A program made the position numbers and the translations under genes. The notes below the pieces were generated by a model. That model did no database searches. It was not told the origin of the DNA and saw nothing but the letters and a program-made list of their open reading frames with translations. A stretch of DNA of 64,000 bases. It comes from an uncultured bacterium. Lineage in GTDB: Bacteria; Acidobacteriota; Thermoanaerobaculia; Multivoradales; JAHZIX01. Shown in pieces: positions 1-9,676 of this stretch (position 1 is the stretch's first letter; each line of letters starts with the position of its first letter). Location of the stretch: assembly GCA_965368975.1 (NCBI GenBank), contig CBDUPA010000003.1, forward strand, positions 352,001 through 416,000, in the 5' to 3' direction.

Positions 1-290
1 ACCGCCGCCAGCTCACCGTGACCACCGCCGGCGAGCAAGGCCATGACGCGGTCCCCGATCTGCCAGTCGTCGATACCGTCGCCCAACTCTTCGATCGTGC
101 CGGCACACTCGAGACCGGGCACTTTGCTCTCACCGGGCGGCGCCGGGTAGCGCCCCTGCAGTTGCAGTAGGTCGGCGTGATTGATGGCGCTGGCGGCGAT
201 CCGTACCAGGACGTCTCCGGCCTGGGGCCGGGGATCTGGCAGTTCTCCGAGGCGAGGCTGAAGGTGGCTATCCGGCAGGACCGCGAGCAT
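1..290 (-). CDS. NAD(P)H-quinone oxidoreductase (PIG3/zeta-crystallin MDR family), 5' part, runs off window
   Basis: Not in ORF track. Manual translation from ATG at 290 gives MLAVLPDSHLQPRLGELPDPRPQAGDVLVRIAASAINHADLLQLQGRYPAPPGESKVPGLECAGTIEELGDGIDDWQIGDRVMALLAGGG. GGGGAG RBS upstream. Confidence 0.88.
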   Translation of the reverse strand, partial: MLAVLPDSHLQPRLGELPDPRPQAGDVLVRIAASAINHADLLQLQGRYPAPPGESKVPGLECAGTIEELGDGIDDWQIGDRVMALLAGGGHGELAA

Positions 291-389
291 GGTCTCTACT
301 CCCCCGTACAGACTGTGCGAACACATCCGATGGTGATGAATCCGATAGTGATGCAGCCGAAACTCAGACGCGTCGCAACGATGATACAC

Positions 390-435
390 CGAGGGCGGCT
401 GCCGGAACCCGGGTAGGGAAGTGGAGCCGCCCTCG
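390..435. terminator. GC-rich stem-loop between acyl-CoA dehydrogenase and quinone oxidoreductase
   Basis: Perfect 11-bp inverted repeat CGAGGGCGGCT ... AGCCGCCCTCG. The short T-run is on the + strand only, so its function is uncertain. Confidence 0.4.
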
Positions 436-462
436 TTTCTACATTGTGCTGCGAAGCTTCGG

Positions 463-2370
463 CTAGAGAGAGGCCGCTACGGGTGCCGCCTGCTTGTCAG
501 CGACCGCTGCCGCTGCCGCCGGAGGCGTGAAGTACAGCTCGCCGAGGTCGCCTTCGAGCCACTCCTGGTTGCCGTCCAAGACGCCGAGGGCGGTGCGGTA
601 CTTGAGCATGTCGTCGTTGCTCCACAGGTCGCGGAACATCTGCTTGACCTTGCGCCGGGCATTGCGGCAGAACAAGTCGGCCAGTTTCTGCGCCTGCTTG
701 GCCTCGGCCGCGCCGGCCTTGCGCATTGCCTGTACACGGCTGACTGAAGCGGCCATGGCGAACAATTCGTCGGCAATGTCGACGATACGGAAGAGGAAAG
801 CCTGCTTGAACTGCAGCTTGGCCTGGTGAACCATCATGCCGTGGAAGATCTGGCGTGCCAGTTTGCGGCAGCTACGGTCGACGAAGCGCAGGTGCTTGGC
901 GTTGGGGCCGAACTCAGAAAAGCGCGGCCACAGGCCCCAGCCGATCCAGCGGCTCGGGTACCACCAGGCATAGAAAGCAGCGATGCCTGGCAGTGCCGCC
1001 AGCTTGGTGCCCATCGGCACCTTGGACTCGACCATGGCACCGGCGACCTGCAGGTGCTTGTCGACCGCCTCGCGGGCCATGAACAGACGCATGATTTCGT
1101 CCGAGCCCTCGAAGATCCGGTTGATGCGGAAGTCGCGCATCATGCGTTCGACACCGATCGGCTTGTCCCCGCGCTGCCGCAGCGACGCCTCGGTCTCGTA
1201 GCCGCGGCCGCCACGGATCTGCATCAGATCGTCGACAATGTCCCAGCCGCGCGTGGTGTTCCATAGCTTGCATGCCGCGGCTTCGAGGCGGATGTCGAAG
1301 TCACCGCTGTTGGACATGTGCGTGGTGACGCGGGCGATCGACTCCATGGCGAAGGTGGTCGCAGCCATGTCGGCGATCTTGTGCGACAGCGCCTCGTGCT
1401 TGCCCACGGGCTTGCCCCACTGCACACGCTCGTTGCTCCACTCGCGCGAAATCTTGATCGCCACCTTGGCGGCACCGACGGCGCTGTTGGGGATCGACAG
1501 GCGGCCGTCATTGAGAGTGGTGAGCGCGATTTTGAGGCCGCGGCCTTCCTTGCCGATCAAGTTCTCACGCGGCACGCGCACATTGGTGAACTGCATCTCG
1601 GCGTTGGCCAGAGCCTTCAGGCCCATGAAGTGGCAGCGGTTGAGGATCTCGACGCCTTCCCAGGCGGTCTCGACGACAAAGGCGCTGATCTTCTTGCTGC
1701 CGGGGTGCGTGGCCATGACCACCACCAGGCCGGCGATGGTGCCGTTGCTGCACCACAGCTTCTTGCCGTTGAGGATGTAGGCGTCGCCCTCGGGCGTCAG
1801 CTCGGCGGTCGTTTCCATGCGCGCCGGATCGGAGCCGACACCGTGCTCCGTGAGCGCGAAAGCGGAGATCTCACCCCCGGCACAGCGCGGCAGGTACTTC
1901 TGCTTCAGTTCTTCGGTGCCGAAGTTCTTCAGCGGCTGTGGCACGCCGATCGACTGGTGGGCGGAGAGCAGGGCGGTGAGGTTGCCGTCGTAGGTGCCCA
2001 GGAAGTGCATGACCTCCTGGTACTCGAGCTGGGAGAAGCCGAGGCCGCCGTACTTCTTCGGAATCTTCATGCCGAAGGCGCCGAGCTTGCGCAGGCCGTC
2101 AAGCAAGCCTTCCGGGTATTCGCCGGTGCTGTCAATTTCGGCCGGGTCGTACTCGCGCACGAGTTCGCGCAGGGCGTTGTAGAAGGCGGCGAACTCCGGT
2201 CGCTCGGGTGGCGAGGCAGGGTAGGGGTGCAGCAGGTCGAGTCGGAAGTTGCCCATGAAGAGTTCCTTCATGAAGCTGGGCTGCAGCCATTCCGTTTGGC
2301 GCGAGGCCTCGGCGACCGCCCTGGACTCCTCCTCGCTGACGTGACGCTCAGCCTGAGGTTTGTTGGACAT
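463..2370 (-). CDS. Acyl-CoA dehydrogenase (ACAD9/VLCAD-like, long C-terminal extension)
   Basis: [30 protein letters not shown] and [15 protein letters not shown] motifs. Start set at ATG 2370 (MSNKPQ) behind an AAGGAG RBS. Confidence 0.93.
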   Translation of the reverse strand: MSNKPQAERHVSEEESRAVAEASRQTEWLQPSFMKELFMGNFRLDLLHPYPASPPERPEFAAFYNALRELVREYDPAEIDSTGEYPEGLLDGLRKLGAFGMKIPKKYGGLGFSQLEYQEVMHFLGTYDGNLTALLSAHQSIGVPQPLKNFGTEELKQKYLPRCAGGEISAFALTEHGVGSDPARMETTAELTPEGDAYILNGKKLWCSNGTIAGLVVVMATHPGSKKISAFVVETAWEGVEILNRCHFMGLKALANAEMQFTNVRVPRENLIGKEGRGLKIALTTLNDGRLSIPNSAVGAAKVAIKISREWSNERVQWGKPVGKHEALSHKIADMAATTFAMESIARVTTHMSNSGDFDIRLEAAACKLWNTTRGWDIVDDLMQIRGGRGYETEASLRQRGDKPIGVERMMRDFRINRIFEGSDEIMRLFMAREAVDKHLQVAGAMVESKVPMGTKLAALPGIAAFYAWWYPSRWIGWGLWPRFSEFGPNAKHLRFVDRSCRKLARQIFHGMMVHQAKLQFKQAFLFRIVDIADELFAMAASVSRVQAMRKAGAAEAKQAQKLADLFCRNARRKVKQMFRDLWSNDDMLKYRTALGVLDGNQEWLEGDLGELYFTPPAAAAAVADKQAAPVAASL

Positions 2371-2615
2371 GTGCTTCTCCTTGGTGATGCGTGGGACGTG
2401 TCGACGCGGTGTGCGGATCACGCTGTGAAGCCGGTGCCTCGAAATTCGGGCATTGCCGACCTTCCGGAAAGAGGTTCGCCGTGGTCACGGCAGTGGTTTC
2501 CGGTCTCCTACTATTGTAGCAGGCGAGGCCCAGAGTGTCGACGCGCCGCGGTGCGGCAATCTCAGCTGGGTTGACGCAGAGCTGAGTAGCGACGGTACTG
2601 CTTCGGTCTGCCGCG

Positions 2616-2667
2616 GTGCGGCATCCCAGTGCGGTATCCCAGTGCGGCATCCCAGGGCGGCAGCCAA
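2616..2667. repeat. Intergenic 13-bp tandem repeat x4 (GTGCGGCATCCCA)
   Basis: Units GTGCGGCATCCCA / GTGCGGTATCCCA / GTGCGGCATCCCA / GGGCGGCAGCCAA read directly from the sequence. Confidence 0.85.
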
Positions 2668-2724
2668 CTGCCGCACTCTACTGGCACTGGCGTCTGGTCC
2701 AGGCAAAGAGTAAGCTGCGTTGCC

Positions 2725-3894
2725 ATGAAGAGGAGACGCGAATTTCAGTTCAGAGCGCAGGTGGCCGTTTTTCTCCTGGCCTGCCTGGCTGCGACGTCGG
2801 TCTCGGCGCACAATCTCGAGTTCACCGATACCATTGTGCTGCTCAAGAACGACGGTACCTACCAGGTCGATCTCGTCTGTGATCTCGACGCCATGGCCTT
2901 GGGCGTCGACCCTGTACGCGCCGATGATGCTGAGCTCGTTGCGGCGCTGCAGGCCCTGCAGCAGGAGCAGTTGCAGGCTGAGATCGACGGCCTACGGCAG
3001 ACGTTTCTGCGCCGCGTCCGCCTGCGCTTCGATGGCCAGGGACTCGATGGCGAGCCCTACAGCGGTCAGGTCGTGACCCCCGACGTCAGTTTTCCAGACG
3101 CGGGCACCTCCATTGCCAGCGACGCCGAAATTGCGACCTTTCTGGGCCTGACCGCGCGTCTGCGCGGAAGCATCCCCGAGGGTGCTACGAGCTTCACCTT
3201 ACGTGCGTCGAGAGCTTTCCCGCCCGTGCTGATGACCGTTCTCGACCAGCGCTACGGCGAGCGCATTCTGCTCGAACGCGGCGTGCCGAGCGACGCCTAT
3301 TTGCTGGATCGACCAGCGGCGGAGCAAGAGCACGACCGCCTGACCGTCGCCGGCCGCTACCTGGTGCTCGGCTTCTGGCACATTGTGCCCGAAGGCTTGG
3401 ACCATATCCTCTTCGTGCTCGGTCTGTTCCTGCTCAGTGCGCATTGGCGGCCGTTGCTGTGGCAGGTCAGTGCCTTCACCGCCGCTCATACCCTGACGCT
3501 GGCGCTCTCGACCTACGGCGTCGTGCAACTGCCTTCCGGCATCGTCGAGCCGCTGATCGCGCTGTCGATCGCCTACGTGGCGGTGGAGAACCTGTTCACC
3601 AGCGAGCTCAAGCCCTGGCGGCCGGCAGTGGTCTTCGCCTTTGGCCTGTTGCACGGTCTCGGCTTCGCCGGCGTGCTGTCCGAGCTCGGGCTGCCAGATC
3701 GCGACCTGGTGACCGCCTTGCTGACCTTCAACGTCGGCGTCGAACTCGGTCAGCTAGCGGTGATCCTGATCGCCTTTCTGCTCGTGGGGAGTTTCCGCGA
3801 TCGCCCCTGGTACCGTCAGCGAGTGGTGGTGCCAGCATCGGTATTGATCGCGCTCACCGGGCTCTACTGGGCGGTCGAGCGGGCCTTCCTCTGA
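2725..3894 (+). CDS. HupE/UreJ-like (HupE_UreJ_2) membrane protein with exported N-terminal domain
   Basis: Signal peptide ending VSAH. Motifs LGFWHIVPEGLDHILFVLGL, FTAAHTLTL, FGLLHGLGFA and FNVGVELGQL. Start moved to ATG 2725. Confidence 0.88.
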   Translation: MKRRREFQFRAQVAVFLLACLAATSVSAHNLEFTDTIVLLKNDGTYQVDLVCDLDAMALGVDPVRADDAELVAALQALQQEQLQAEIDGLRQTFLRRVRLRFDGQGLDGEPYSGQVVTPDVSFPDAGTSIASDAEIATFLGLTARLRGSIPEGATSFTLRASRAFPPVLMTVLDQRYGERILLERGVPSDAYLLDRPAAEQEHDRLTVAGRYLVLGFWHIVPEGLDHILFVLGLFLLSAHWRPLLWQVSAFTAAHTLTLALSTYGVVQLPSGIVEPLIALSIAYVAVENLFTSELKPWRPAVVFAFGLLHGLGFAGVLSELGLPDRDLVTALLTFNVGVELGQLAVILIAFLLVGSFRDRPWYRQRVVVPASVLIALTGLYWAVERAFL

Positions 3895-3907
3895 AAGCCC
3901 GCTCGGT

Positions 3908-5314
3908 TCAAGGCTGCGCAGTCGGCTCGACCGATCGCTGAGGTCGTCCACGATGCCGCTCGTAGAGCAGCTTCTGACGATCCCGGCGTTCGTCGAAGTG
4001 CTCGCCGGCGATCCACGCTTGTTCGATGCGGGTGCGCACCTCCAGCGGATTGCCGTCGGTGACGATGAGGGTCGCCTCCTTGCCGACCTCGAGCGAGCCG
4101 AGCTGGTCCCCGACGCCGAGGATCTTGGCGGCGCTGAGGGTGATCGAGCGCAACGCGGCGTCCGGGTCGAGGCCGTAGGCGACGGCGGTCGCCGCCTGCA
4201 AAGGCAAGTTGCGCGTGTTGGCCGAGCCGAAGCTGATGCCGCGACCACAGATGGCGAACGTGACACCGGCGTCGTGCAGGCGGGCCGCCGCGTCGAAGGC
4301 GTGATCGTAGCCGTCCCAGGTGCGGCTCGGGTTGCGATGCACGCCCGAGAGCAGGACGGGCAGGCCGCGCTCGGCGAACTCATCCGCCAACAGGGCTCCG
4401 TCCGGCCCGACAACCAGGACCACGGGGGCCGCCAAGTCGTCTTGCTCATCCAGCCACTCGAGTGCGCCTTCGACCTGCTGCACCTCGTCGGCGTGGATGT
4501 AGAGTGGCAGGCTGCCTTGACCCGGGGCGCCCTCGAACAGTCGCGTCAGCGCTGCCAGCTTGGGGTCAAAGGCGAAGGGTTCGGCGTTACCGGCGTCCAC
4601 GGCCCGCTGCGCCGCGTGATAAACGCGCGCCTGGTCCATCCAGGTGTTGAGCGTCTTCAGGGCTTCTGTGCGCTGTCGCTCCAGCTGTTCCTCGCTCTGG
4701 GGCGGGCCGAAGGCGGGGGCGGTGAAACGCGGGAAGCGCAGGTGCAAGCCGGCATCGCCGCGGACGGACATGCCCTCCCAGGTCCAGCCTTCGAGCCGCA
4801 TGACCGACGAGATGCCGCTGAACAGGCCGCCGGACGGCACCGTGTGCGCCACCAGGACACCCCCGCTGACGGTCACCGGCAGCAGCTGCGACCCGGGATG
4901 GAAGGCGACCTGCGTACGAACGTGCGGGTTGACCTGGCCGATCTCGGTCGTATCGATAGTGGAGTCGACGGCGCTGATCTCGACCAGGCCGAGAGCGGTC
5001 AGCGCGTCGATCATGCCCGGGTAGATGTGTTTGCCACTGACATCGACGATCTGAGCGTCTGCCGGTAGGTTGACGTCGACACCGATGGCGGTGATGCGGC
5101 CGTCTTCGAACACCAGTGTCGCGCCGACGAGCGGCTCGGAACTGATCGGATGGACGGTGGCGCCGACCAGGGCCACCGACTCGGCACCTGCCGGCGGGCT
5201 GAAGCCCAACAACAGGACACCGAGCAGCACGAAAGCCAGCAGCAAGGTAGCCGGCAGTGCGGACCTCAGCGGGGAAGGTAGAGGGAGGGCAGAGGGGCGG
5301 AGCGAGCGGTTCAT
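3908..5314 (-). CDS. Exported amidohydrolase-fold protein lacking the HxH metal motif
   Basis: Signal peptide, VDVSGKHIYPGMIDA and GSLEVGKEATL flanking motifs. DALTA stands in place of DxHxH. Confidence 0.85.
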   Translation of the reverse strand: MNRSLRPSALPLPSPLRSALPATLLLAFVLLGVLLLGFSPPAGAESVALVGATVHPISSEPLVGATLVFEDGRITAIGVDVNLPADAQIVDVSGKHIYPGMIDALTALGLVEISAVDSTIDTTEIGQVNPHVRTQVAFHPGSQLLPVTVSGGVLVAHTVPSGGLFSGISSVMRLEGWTWEGMSVRGDAGLHLRFPRFTAPAFGPPQSEEQLERQRTEALKTLNTWMDQARVYHAAQRAVDAGNAEPFAFDPKLAALTRLFEGAPGQGSLPLYIHADEVQQVEGALEWLDEQDDLAAPVVLVVGPDGALLADEFAERGLPVLLSGVHRNPSRTWDGYDHAFDAAARLHDAGVTFAICGRGISFGSANTRNLPLQAATAVAYGLDPDAALRSITLSAAKILGVGDQLGSLEVGKEATLIVTDGNPLEVRTRIEQAWIAGEHFDERRDRQKLLYERHRGRPQRSVEPTAQP

Positions 5315-6909
5315 GGGTGGGCCTCCCCGCAGCCTTCGGCGCCGTGTCCGTCCTGGAGGACTTCCAGGTACGCCGGTTCCGGTGGCGGTTGAGCGGTCAA
5401 GGTGGGCGATTCGTCGGTCGTGGCTGGTACGGCGTCTGCGTCTTCGACGGTATCCGGTGTGCCGTGCAGAGCGCGGACTTTGGCGAGCAAGGCCTGGCGC
5501 TCAGCGTGCCATTGCTTGCGCGCTTCCAGGTCGCGCTGGCGGTCAAAGTAGGGCCGGCCGTCGATCCAGGTTTGCTCGCAGCGGCTGAGGGTGGATAGTG
5601 GATGGCCGGTCCACAGCACGAAGTCGGCGTCCTTGCCCGCTTCCAGGGAGCCCACACGGTCGTCGACTCCCAGCTGGATCGCTGGGTTGAGCGTCACCAG
5701 CTTGAGCGCGTCTTCCTCGCTCATGCCACCGTAGCGCACAGCCTTGGCGGCTTCGGCATTGAGGCGGCGGCCGAGTTCGGCGCTGTCGGAGTTGAAAGTC
5801 ACCAGGACGCCGCGCTCGTGCATGATGGCGGCGTTGTAGGGAATGGCGTCGATGACCTCATACTTGAAGGCCCACCAGTCGCTGAAGGTAGAAGCGCCGG
5901 CACCGTGGGCGGCGATCTCGTCGGCGACCTTGTAGCCCTCGAGGACGTGCTGCAGCACGCGCACCTGGAAGCCGAAGTCTTCCGCGGTGCGCAGCAGCAT
6001 CAGGATCTCGTCGGCACGATAGGAGTGGGCGTGCACCCAGCGCTGGCCGTCGAGGACTTCGAGCAGGGCGTCGAGCTGCAGGTCGCGGCGCGGCGGCACC
6101 AGGTCCCGCTCGCCGGCCGCCGTACGTTCGTCGTAGCTCTGCCAGGCTTGACGGTAGTCGAGTGCAGCCTGCAGCGCGTCGCGGATCGATTGCGCGACGC
6201 CCATGCGGGAGCGCGGGAAGCGCGTCGACGTGTCGCTGCTGGCGCGCTTCGGATTTTCGCCCAGCGCGAACTTGATGGTCGGCGGGGCATCCACGAAGCG
6301 CAATGCGTCGACGCCGGCTCCCCAGCGGAGCTTGATCACCGCGTTCTGGCCGCCGATCGAATTCGCCGAGCCGTGCATGATGTGCGCCGCCGTGGTCCCC
6401 CCCGCGAGCTGACGGTAGATCGCGATGTCGTAGGGATCGAGCACGTCCTCGACCCGCACCTGCGCGGTGACGATGGTGGTCGACTCGTTGGTCGAGCTGT
6501 CCATCGCGATGTGCGAGTGTGGATCGATGATGCCTGGCGTCACGTGGAGGCCGGTGCCGTCGATCTCGAGGGCGTCGGCGGGTGCCTCGAGGCCGTTGCC
6601 GACGGCTGCGATCTTGCCGTCGCGCACCAGTAGATCGGCATCTTGGAGCACGCCGTCTGGGCCGTTGGTCCAGATGGTGGCCCCACGTACCAGCACGGCG
6701 GCGGGAGCCTCGGGGACGGGCGAGCGCCAGGCGTCGAGGTCAGGGCGGTGTTGCGACGCGTGTGCCGCCGTCGGCAGCAGCGCGGACCCCAGGGTCAGGG
6801 TGCCGGTCATCAGGGTGCCGGTCATCAGGGTGCCGGTCATCAGCGTCCAGGTCATCAGCGTCCAGGTCAGGCGCATGGACGAGCGGGCAAGGTGACGATC
6901 GAGGCTCAT
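5311..6909 (-). CDS. Exported metal-dependent amidohydrolase (imidazolonepropionase-like superfamily)
   Basis: TPGIIDPHSH, KFALGENPK, HAHSY, QHVLEGY, FNSDS and GSLEAGKDADFVLW motifs. Confidence 0.9.
   Translation of the reverse strand: MSLDRHLARSSMRLTWTLMTWTLMTGTLMTGTLMTGTLTLGSALLPTAAHASQHRPDLDAWRSPVPEAPAAVLVRGATIWTNGPDGVLQDADLLVRDGKIAAVGNGLEAPADALEIDGTGLHVTPGIIDPHSHIAMDSSTNESTTIVTAQVRVEDVLDPYDIAIYRQLAGGTTAAHIMHGSANSIGGQNAVIKLRWGAGVDALRFVDAPPTIKFALGENPKRASSDTSTRFPRSRMGVAQSIRDALQAALDYRQAWQSYDERTAAGERDLVPPRRDLQLDALLEVLDGQRWVHAHSYRADEILMLLRTAEDFGFQVRVLQHVLEGYKVADEIAAHGAGASTFSDWWAFKYEVIDAIPYNAAIMHERGVLVTFNSDSAELGRRLNAEAAKAVRYGGMSEEDALKLVTLNPAIQLGVDDRVGSLEAGKDADFVLWTGHPLSTLSRCEQTWIDGRPYFDRQRDLEARKQWHAERQALLAKVRALHGTPDTVEDADAVPATTDESPTLTAQPPPEPAYLEVLQDGHGAEGCGEAHP
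6796..6870. repeat. In-frame 15-bp tandem repeat x5 in the amidohydrolase signal region
   Basis: CAGGGTGCCGGTCAT x3 plus CAGCGTCCAGGTCA(T/G) x2, encoding LMTWT/LMTGT repeats. Confidence 0.9.
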
Positions 6910-8597
6910 CGGATGTCCTCCTGTGCGCTGTGACGAGAACCGCTCGGTGGGCTCGCGGTGCGGCTACCAGTGATGGTGAAGGGCCCCATCGGACTCTCAC
7001 CGCCGCCGCTCAGGCGGTCACCGCCGAGGGACAGACTCATGGTGATGGTGCCAGGCAGGCCGATCGGGGTGGCGTCATAGGCGATGTCGAGTGTGGAACC
7101 GGAAACGGTGGCCGAGCTGAGGGGCAGCGAGTCGCCGCCCTGCATGCCGATGCTGCCAGTGTGTGCGCCCGCCTCGCCGCTGATCACTAGCTCCATCTGG
7201 AATTGCATGCCACCGCCCGCGGTCAGGTCCAGCTCCCACGTACCGTTGGGATTCACCTTCGGTGGTTCGTTGGTCTTGATCTCGTAGCGCCGGCCGTCGA
7301 CCCAGGTCTCCAGGATGTTCGGTTTGTCGACGAAGAGATCGCCGTCGACCACTACCAGGTGTGCCAGCTTGCCGGCTTCGAGAGTGCCGAGCCGGTCCTC
7401 GACACCCAGCCAGGTGGCCGGAGTGGTGGTCAGGGCAGCCAGTGCCTGCTCGCGGGTCAGACCGCGCTCGATCGCCCGAGCCAGGTTCTCGAACAGTTGT
7501 ACCGGCCGCCCGCCGTGGCTGGTGAAGACGACGGTGAGGCCGGCATCGAGCAGCAATTGCGGGTTGTTCGGCGCCGCGTCCCAGTGGCGCAGCTGCGTCA
7601 GGTCGACGCTGTAGGCCGGGTCGTCTTCATCGCCGACCGCCGGCGGCTGCGGAAAGTCGAGTGGCAGCACGAGCGGCAGGCCGGCGGCGGTGAGCGTGTC
7701 GAGAATCTGGTACTCGCGGCCGTGGCCGACCAGGGCCGCGTCGAGCTCGAACTCGGCCGCCAAGCGTAGGACGCGCTGGCTGTCCAGCGGATCCCGCGTG
7801 TGAAAGACGAGCTGCTGGCTGCCATCGAGCACGGCAGCCAGCGCCTCCAGGCTTCGATCGACCGGCGGACGCGCCTGCGCCGGATTGCGCTCGTAGGCTT
7901 GCCAGGCGCGGCGGTACCAGCCGGCGTCGAGCAGGCTCTGGCGGAACACCGCCACGGCGCCCATCGTCGAGCTGGGATAGTCCTCGGGGTCATTGCCGCC
8001 GCTGGGAGCCCGCAGCGCTGCGTACTGGGCGCCGGAGCGCACGAGCAGATCCCGTGCTGGCTCGCCGTCACCCACCGCCAGCAGCGCGCTGGTACCGCGG
8101 AAGACCCCCTCCTCGAGGACCACCAGGGCACTGGTGAAGCCGGCACCGCGCAAACTGCTACGGGTACCATCGTCGAGACCCAGCCAAGCCGCCTCGCGGG
8201 TCGCGTGCAGGCCTTGAGGCTCGACCACGCGCATCATTTCGGATGATCCCCCGCCGGGAGGCTCCGCCGCCTCTTCCTCCGGCCACGACTGCGGCACGTA
8301 GAGGTCGATCAGGCCAGCATAGACGGTGTGTCCTTCATGATCCCAGACGCGCGCGTCAGCCGGTGGCTCGACGTCGGCGCCGGCTGCCACGATGACACCG
8401 TCGCGTACGACCACGGTGCCGCTGTCGATGACCTGCCCCGGAGCGACCACGATGCGCACCTGTGTCAAGGCATGAACTGCCGGGGGGCCGGCCGCGGCCA
8501 AGGGAAGGGCCGGGGCGGTGATCACGGTGGCCGCCACTATCAAGGTCCGGGCTAGAGCAGCCCGAGCCAGCCTATGCAAGAGGGCTCGTCGTCGCAT
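6906..8597 (-). CDS. Exported amidohydrolase-fold protein lacking the metal motif, with extra C-terminal beta domain
   Basis: Arg-rich signal peptide. GHTVYAGLIDLY has no HxH. YPSSTMGA and GTLEAGKLAHLVV motifs, then a C-terminal GTWELDL beta-barrel-like domain. Confidence 0.82.
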   Translation of the reverse strand: MRRRALLHRLARAALARTLIVAATVITAPALPLAAAGPPAVHALTQVRIVVAPGQVIDSGTVVVRDGVIVAAGADVEPPADARVWDHEGHTVYAGLIDLYVPQSWPEEEAAEPPGGGSSEMMRVVEPQGLHATREAAWLGLDDGTRSSLRGAGFTSALVVLEEGVFRGTSALLAVGDGEPARDLLVRSGAQYAALRAPSGGNDPEDYPSSTMGAVAVFRQSLLDAGWYRRAWQAYERNPAQARPPVDRSLEALAAVLDGSQQLVFHTRDPLDSQRVLRLAAEFELDAALVGHGREYQILDTLTAAGLPLVLPLDFPQPPAVGDEDDPAYSVDLTQLRHWDAAPNNPQLLLDAGLTVVFTSHGGRPVQLFENLARAIERGLTREQALAALTTTPATWLGVEDRLGTLEAGKLAHLVVVDGDLFVDKPNILETWVDGRRYEIKTNEPPKVNPNGTWELDLTAGGGMQFQMELVISGEAGAHTGSIGMQGGDSLPLSSATVSGSTLDIAYDATPIGLPGTITMSLSLGGDRLSGGGESPMGPFTITGSRTASPPSGSRHSAQEDIR

Positions 8598-8719
8598 GTT
8601 TGCCTTCCGTCAGGTGGGGGTCGAGAAGTGGGTAAGGGGTGACATTCGCCGCCGCAGTATGTCAGATTCCACAACGGTCCTAGAATTCCCGTTACGAGAC
8701 GATTGCGAAGGAGACCTTC

Positions 8720-9526
8720 ATGTCTTGGCAACTGTTCCAAGTAGACGCGTTCAGTGAACAGCCGTTCGGTGGCAACCCGGCAGCGGTCTGCCTACTGCCT
8801 TCGCCGCGGCCGGAAGCCTGGATGCAGGCAGTCGCCGCCGAGATGAACCTGAGCGAGACCGCCTTCCTGCAAGCGCGTCGAGACGGCTTCGATCTGCGCT
8901 GGTTCACGCCGACGGTCGAGGTCGACCTGTGCGGGCACGCGACACTGGCGAGTGCCCACGTGCTGTGGCTCGAGGGCTTGGCGAGCGAGCAGGAGACGAT
9001 CGACTTCCACACCAAGAGCGGCGTCCTGAGCGCGCGTCGAGACGGCGATTGGATCGTCTTGGACTTTCCCGCCTTGTCCGGCCGCGACGTGCCGCCGCCG
9101 GACGGCTTGCTCGACGCCCTCGGCGTCGCGACCCACGAAGTCGAGCACGTGCAGAACAGTCGCTTCGACCACCTGGTGCACGTGCGCACGGCGGCGATAG
9201 TCGCACGCCTGCAGCCGGACTTCGCACGCCTGGGCCGCGTCGAGACACGGGGCGTGATCGTTACCGCGGCTGCAGACGGTGGCAGCGACGGCGTCGATTT
9301 CGTGTCGCGTTTCTTCGCTCCCGCCGCCGGCGTCGACGAGGACCCGGTGACTGGTTCTGCGCATTGTGTTCTGGGGCCCTACTGGGTACCGAGGCTGGGC
9401 AAGGAGACCTTGCTGGCGCGTCAGATCTCGCGCCGCTCTGGCGACGTGCGGGTCACGTTGGCGGGGGAGCGGGTGCTGCTGGGCGGTAAGGCGGTGCTGA
9501 CGATGCGCGGGGAGCTGCTAGGCTGA
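8720..9526 (+). CDS. PhzF/YddE family isomerase
   Basis: QVDAFSEQPFGGNPAAV, EMNLSETAF, EVDLCGHATLA and EDPVTGSAHC motifs. Confidence 0.93.
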   Translation: MSWQLFQVDAFSEQPFGGNPAAVCLLPSPRPEAWMQAVAAEMNLSETAFLQARRDGFDLRWFTPTVEVDLCGHATLASAHVLWLEGLASEQETIDFHTKSGVLSARRDGDWIVLDFPALSGRDVPPPDGLLDALGVATHEVEHVQNSRFDHLVHVRTAAIVARLQPDFARLGRVETRGVIVTAAADGGSDGVDFVSRFFAPAAGVDEDPVTGSAHCVLGPYWVPRLGKETLLARQISRRSGDVRVTLAGERVLLGGKAVLTMRGELLG

Positions 9527-9676
9527 AGTTTCTGCCATGGATACCTTGGCTGGTTTCCTTGATGGGGTTCCGAGTGCTGCTTGCCGAGTTCGAGCCAGCA
9601 ACCAACGTTTGAAGGGCAACAGGAGGCGATGCGAATGTGCGAGCGAGAGGGACAGAGTAGGACGGAGCGCGACCGG

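Noticed and set aside
2616-2667. CRISPR-like repeat array
   Set aside because: Units are only 13 bp, directly adjacent with no spacers, and no cas genes are present.
8720-9526. Phenazine biosynthesis cluster suggested by the PhzF-family gene
   Set aside because: No phzA/B/D/E/G genes nearby. Stand-alone YddE-type PhzF homologues are common.
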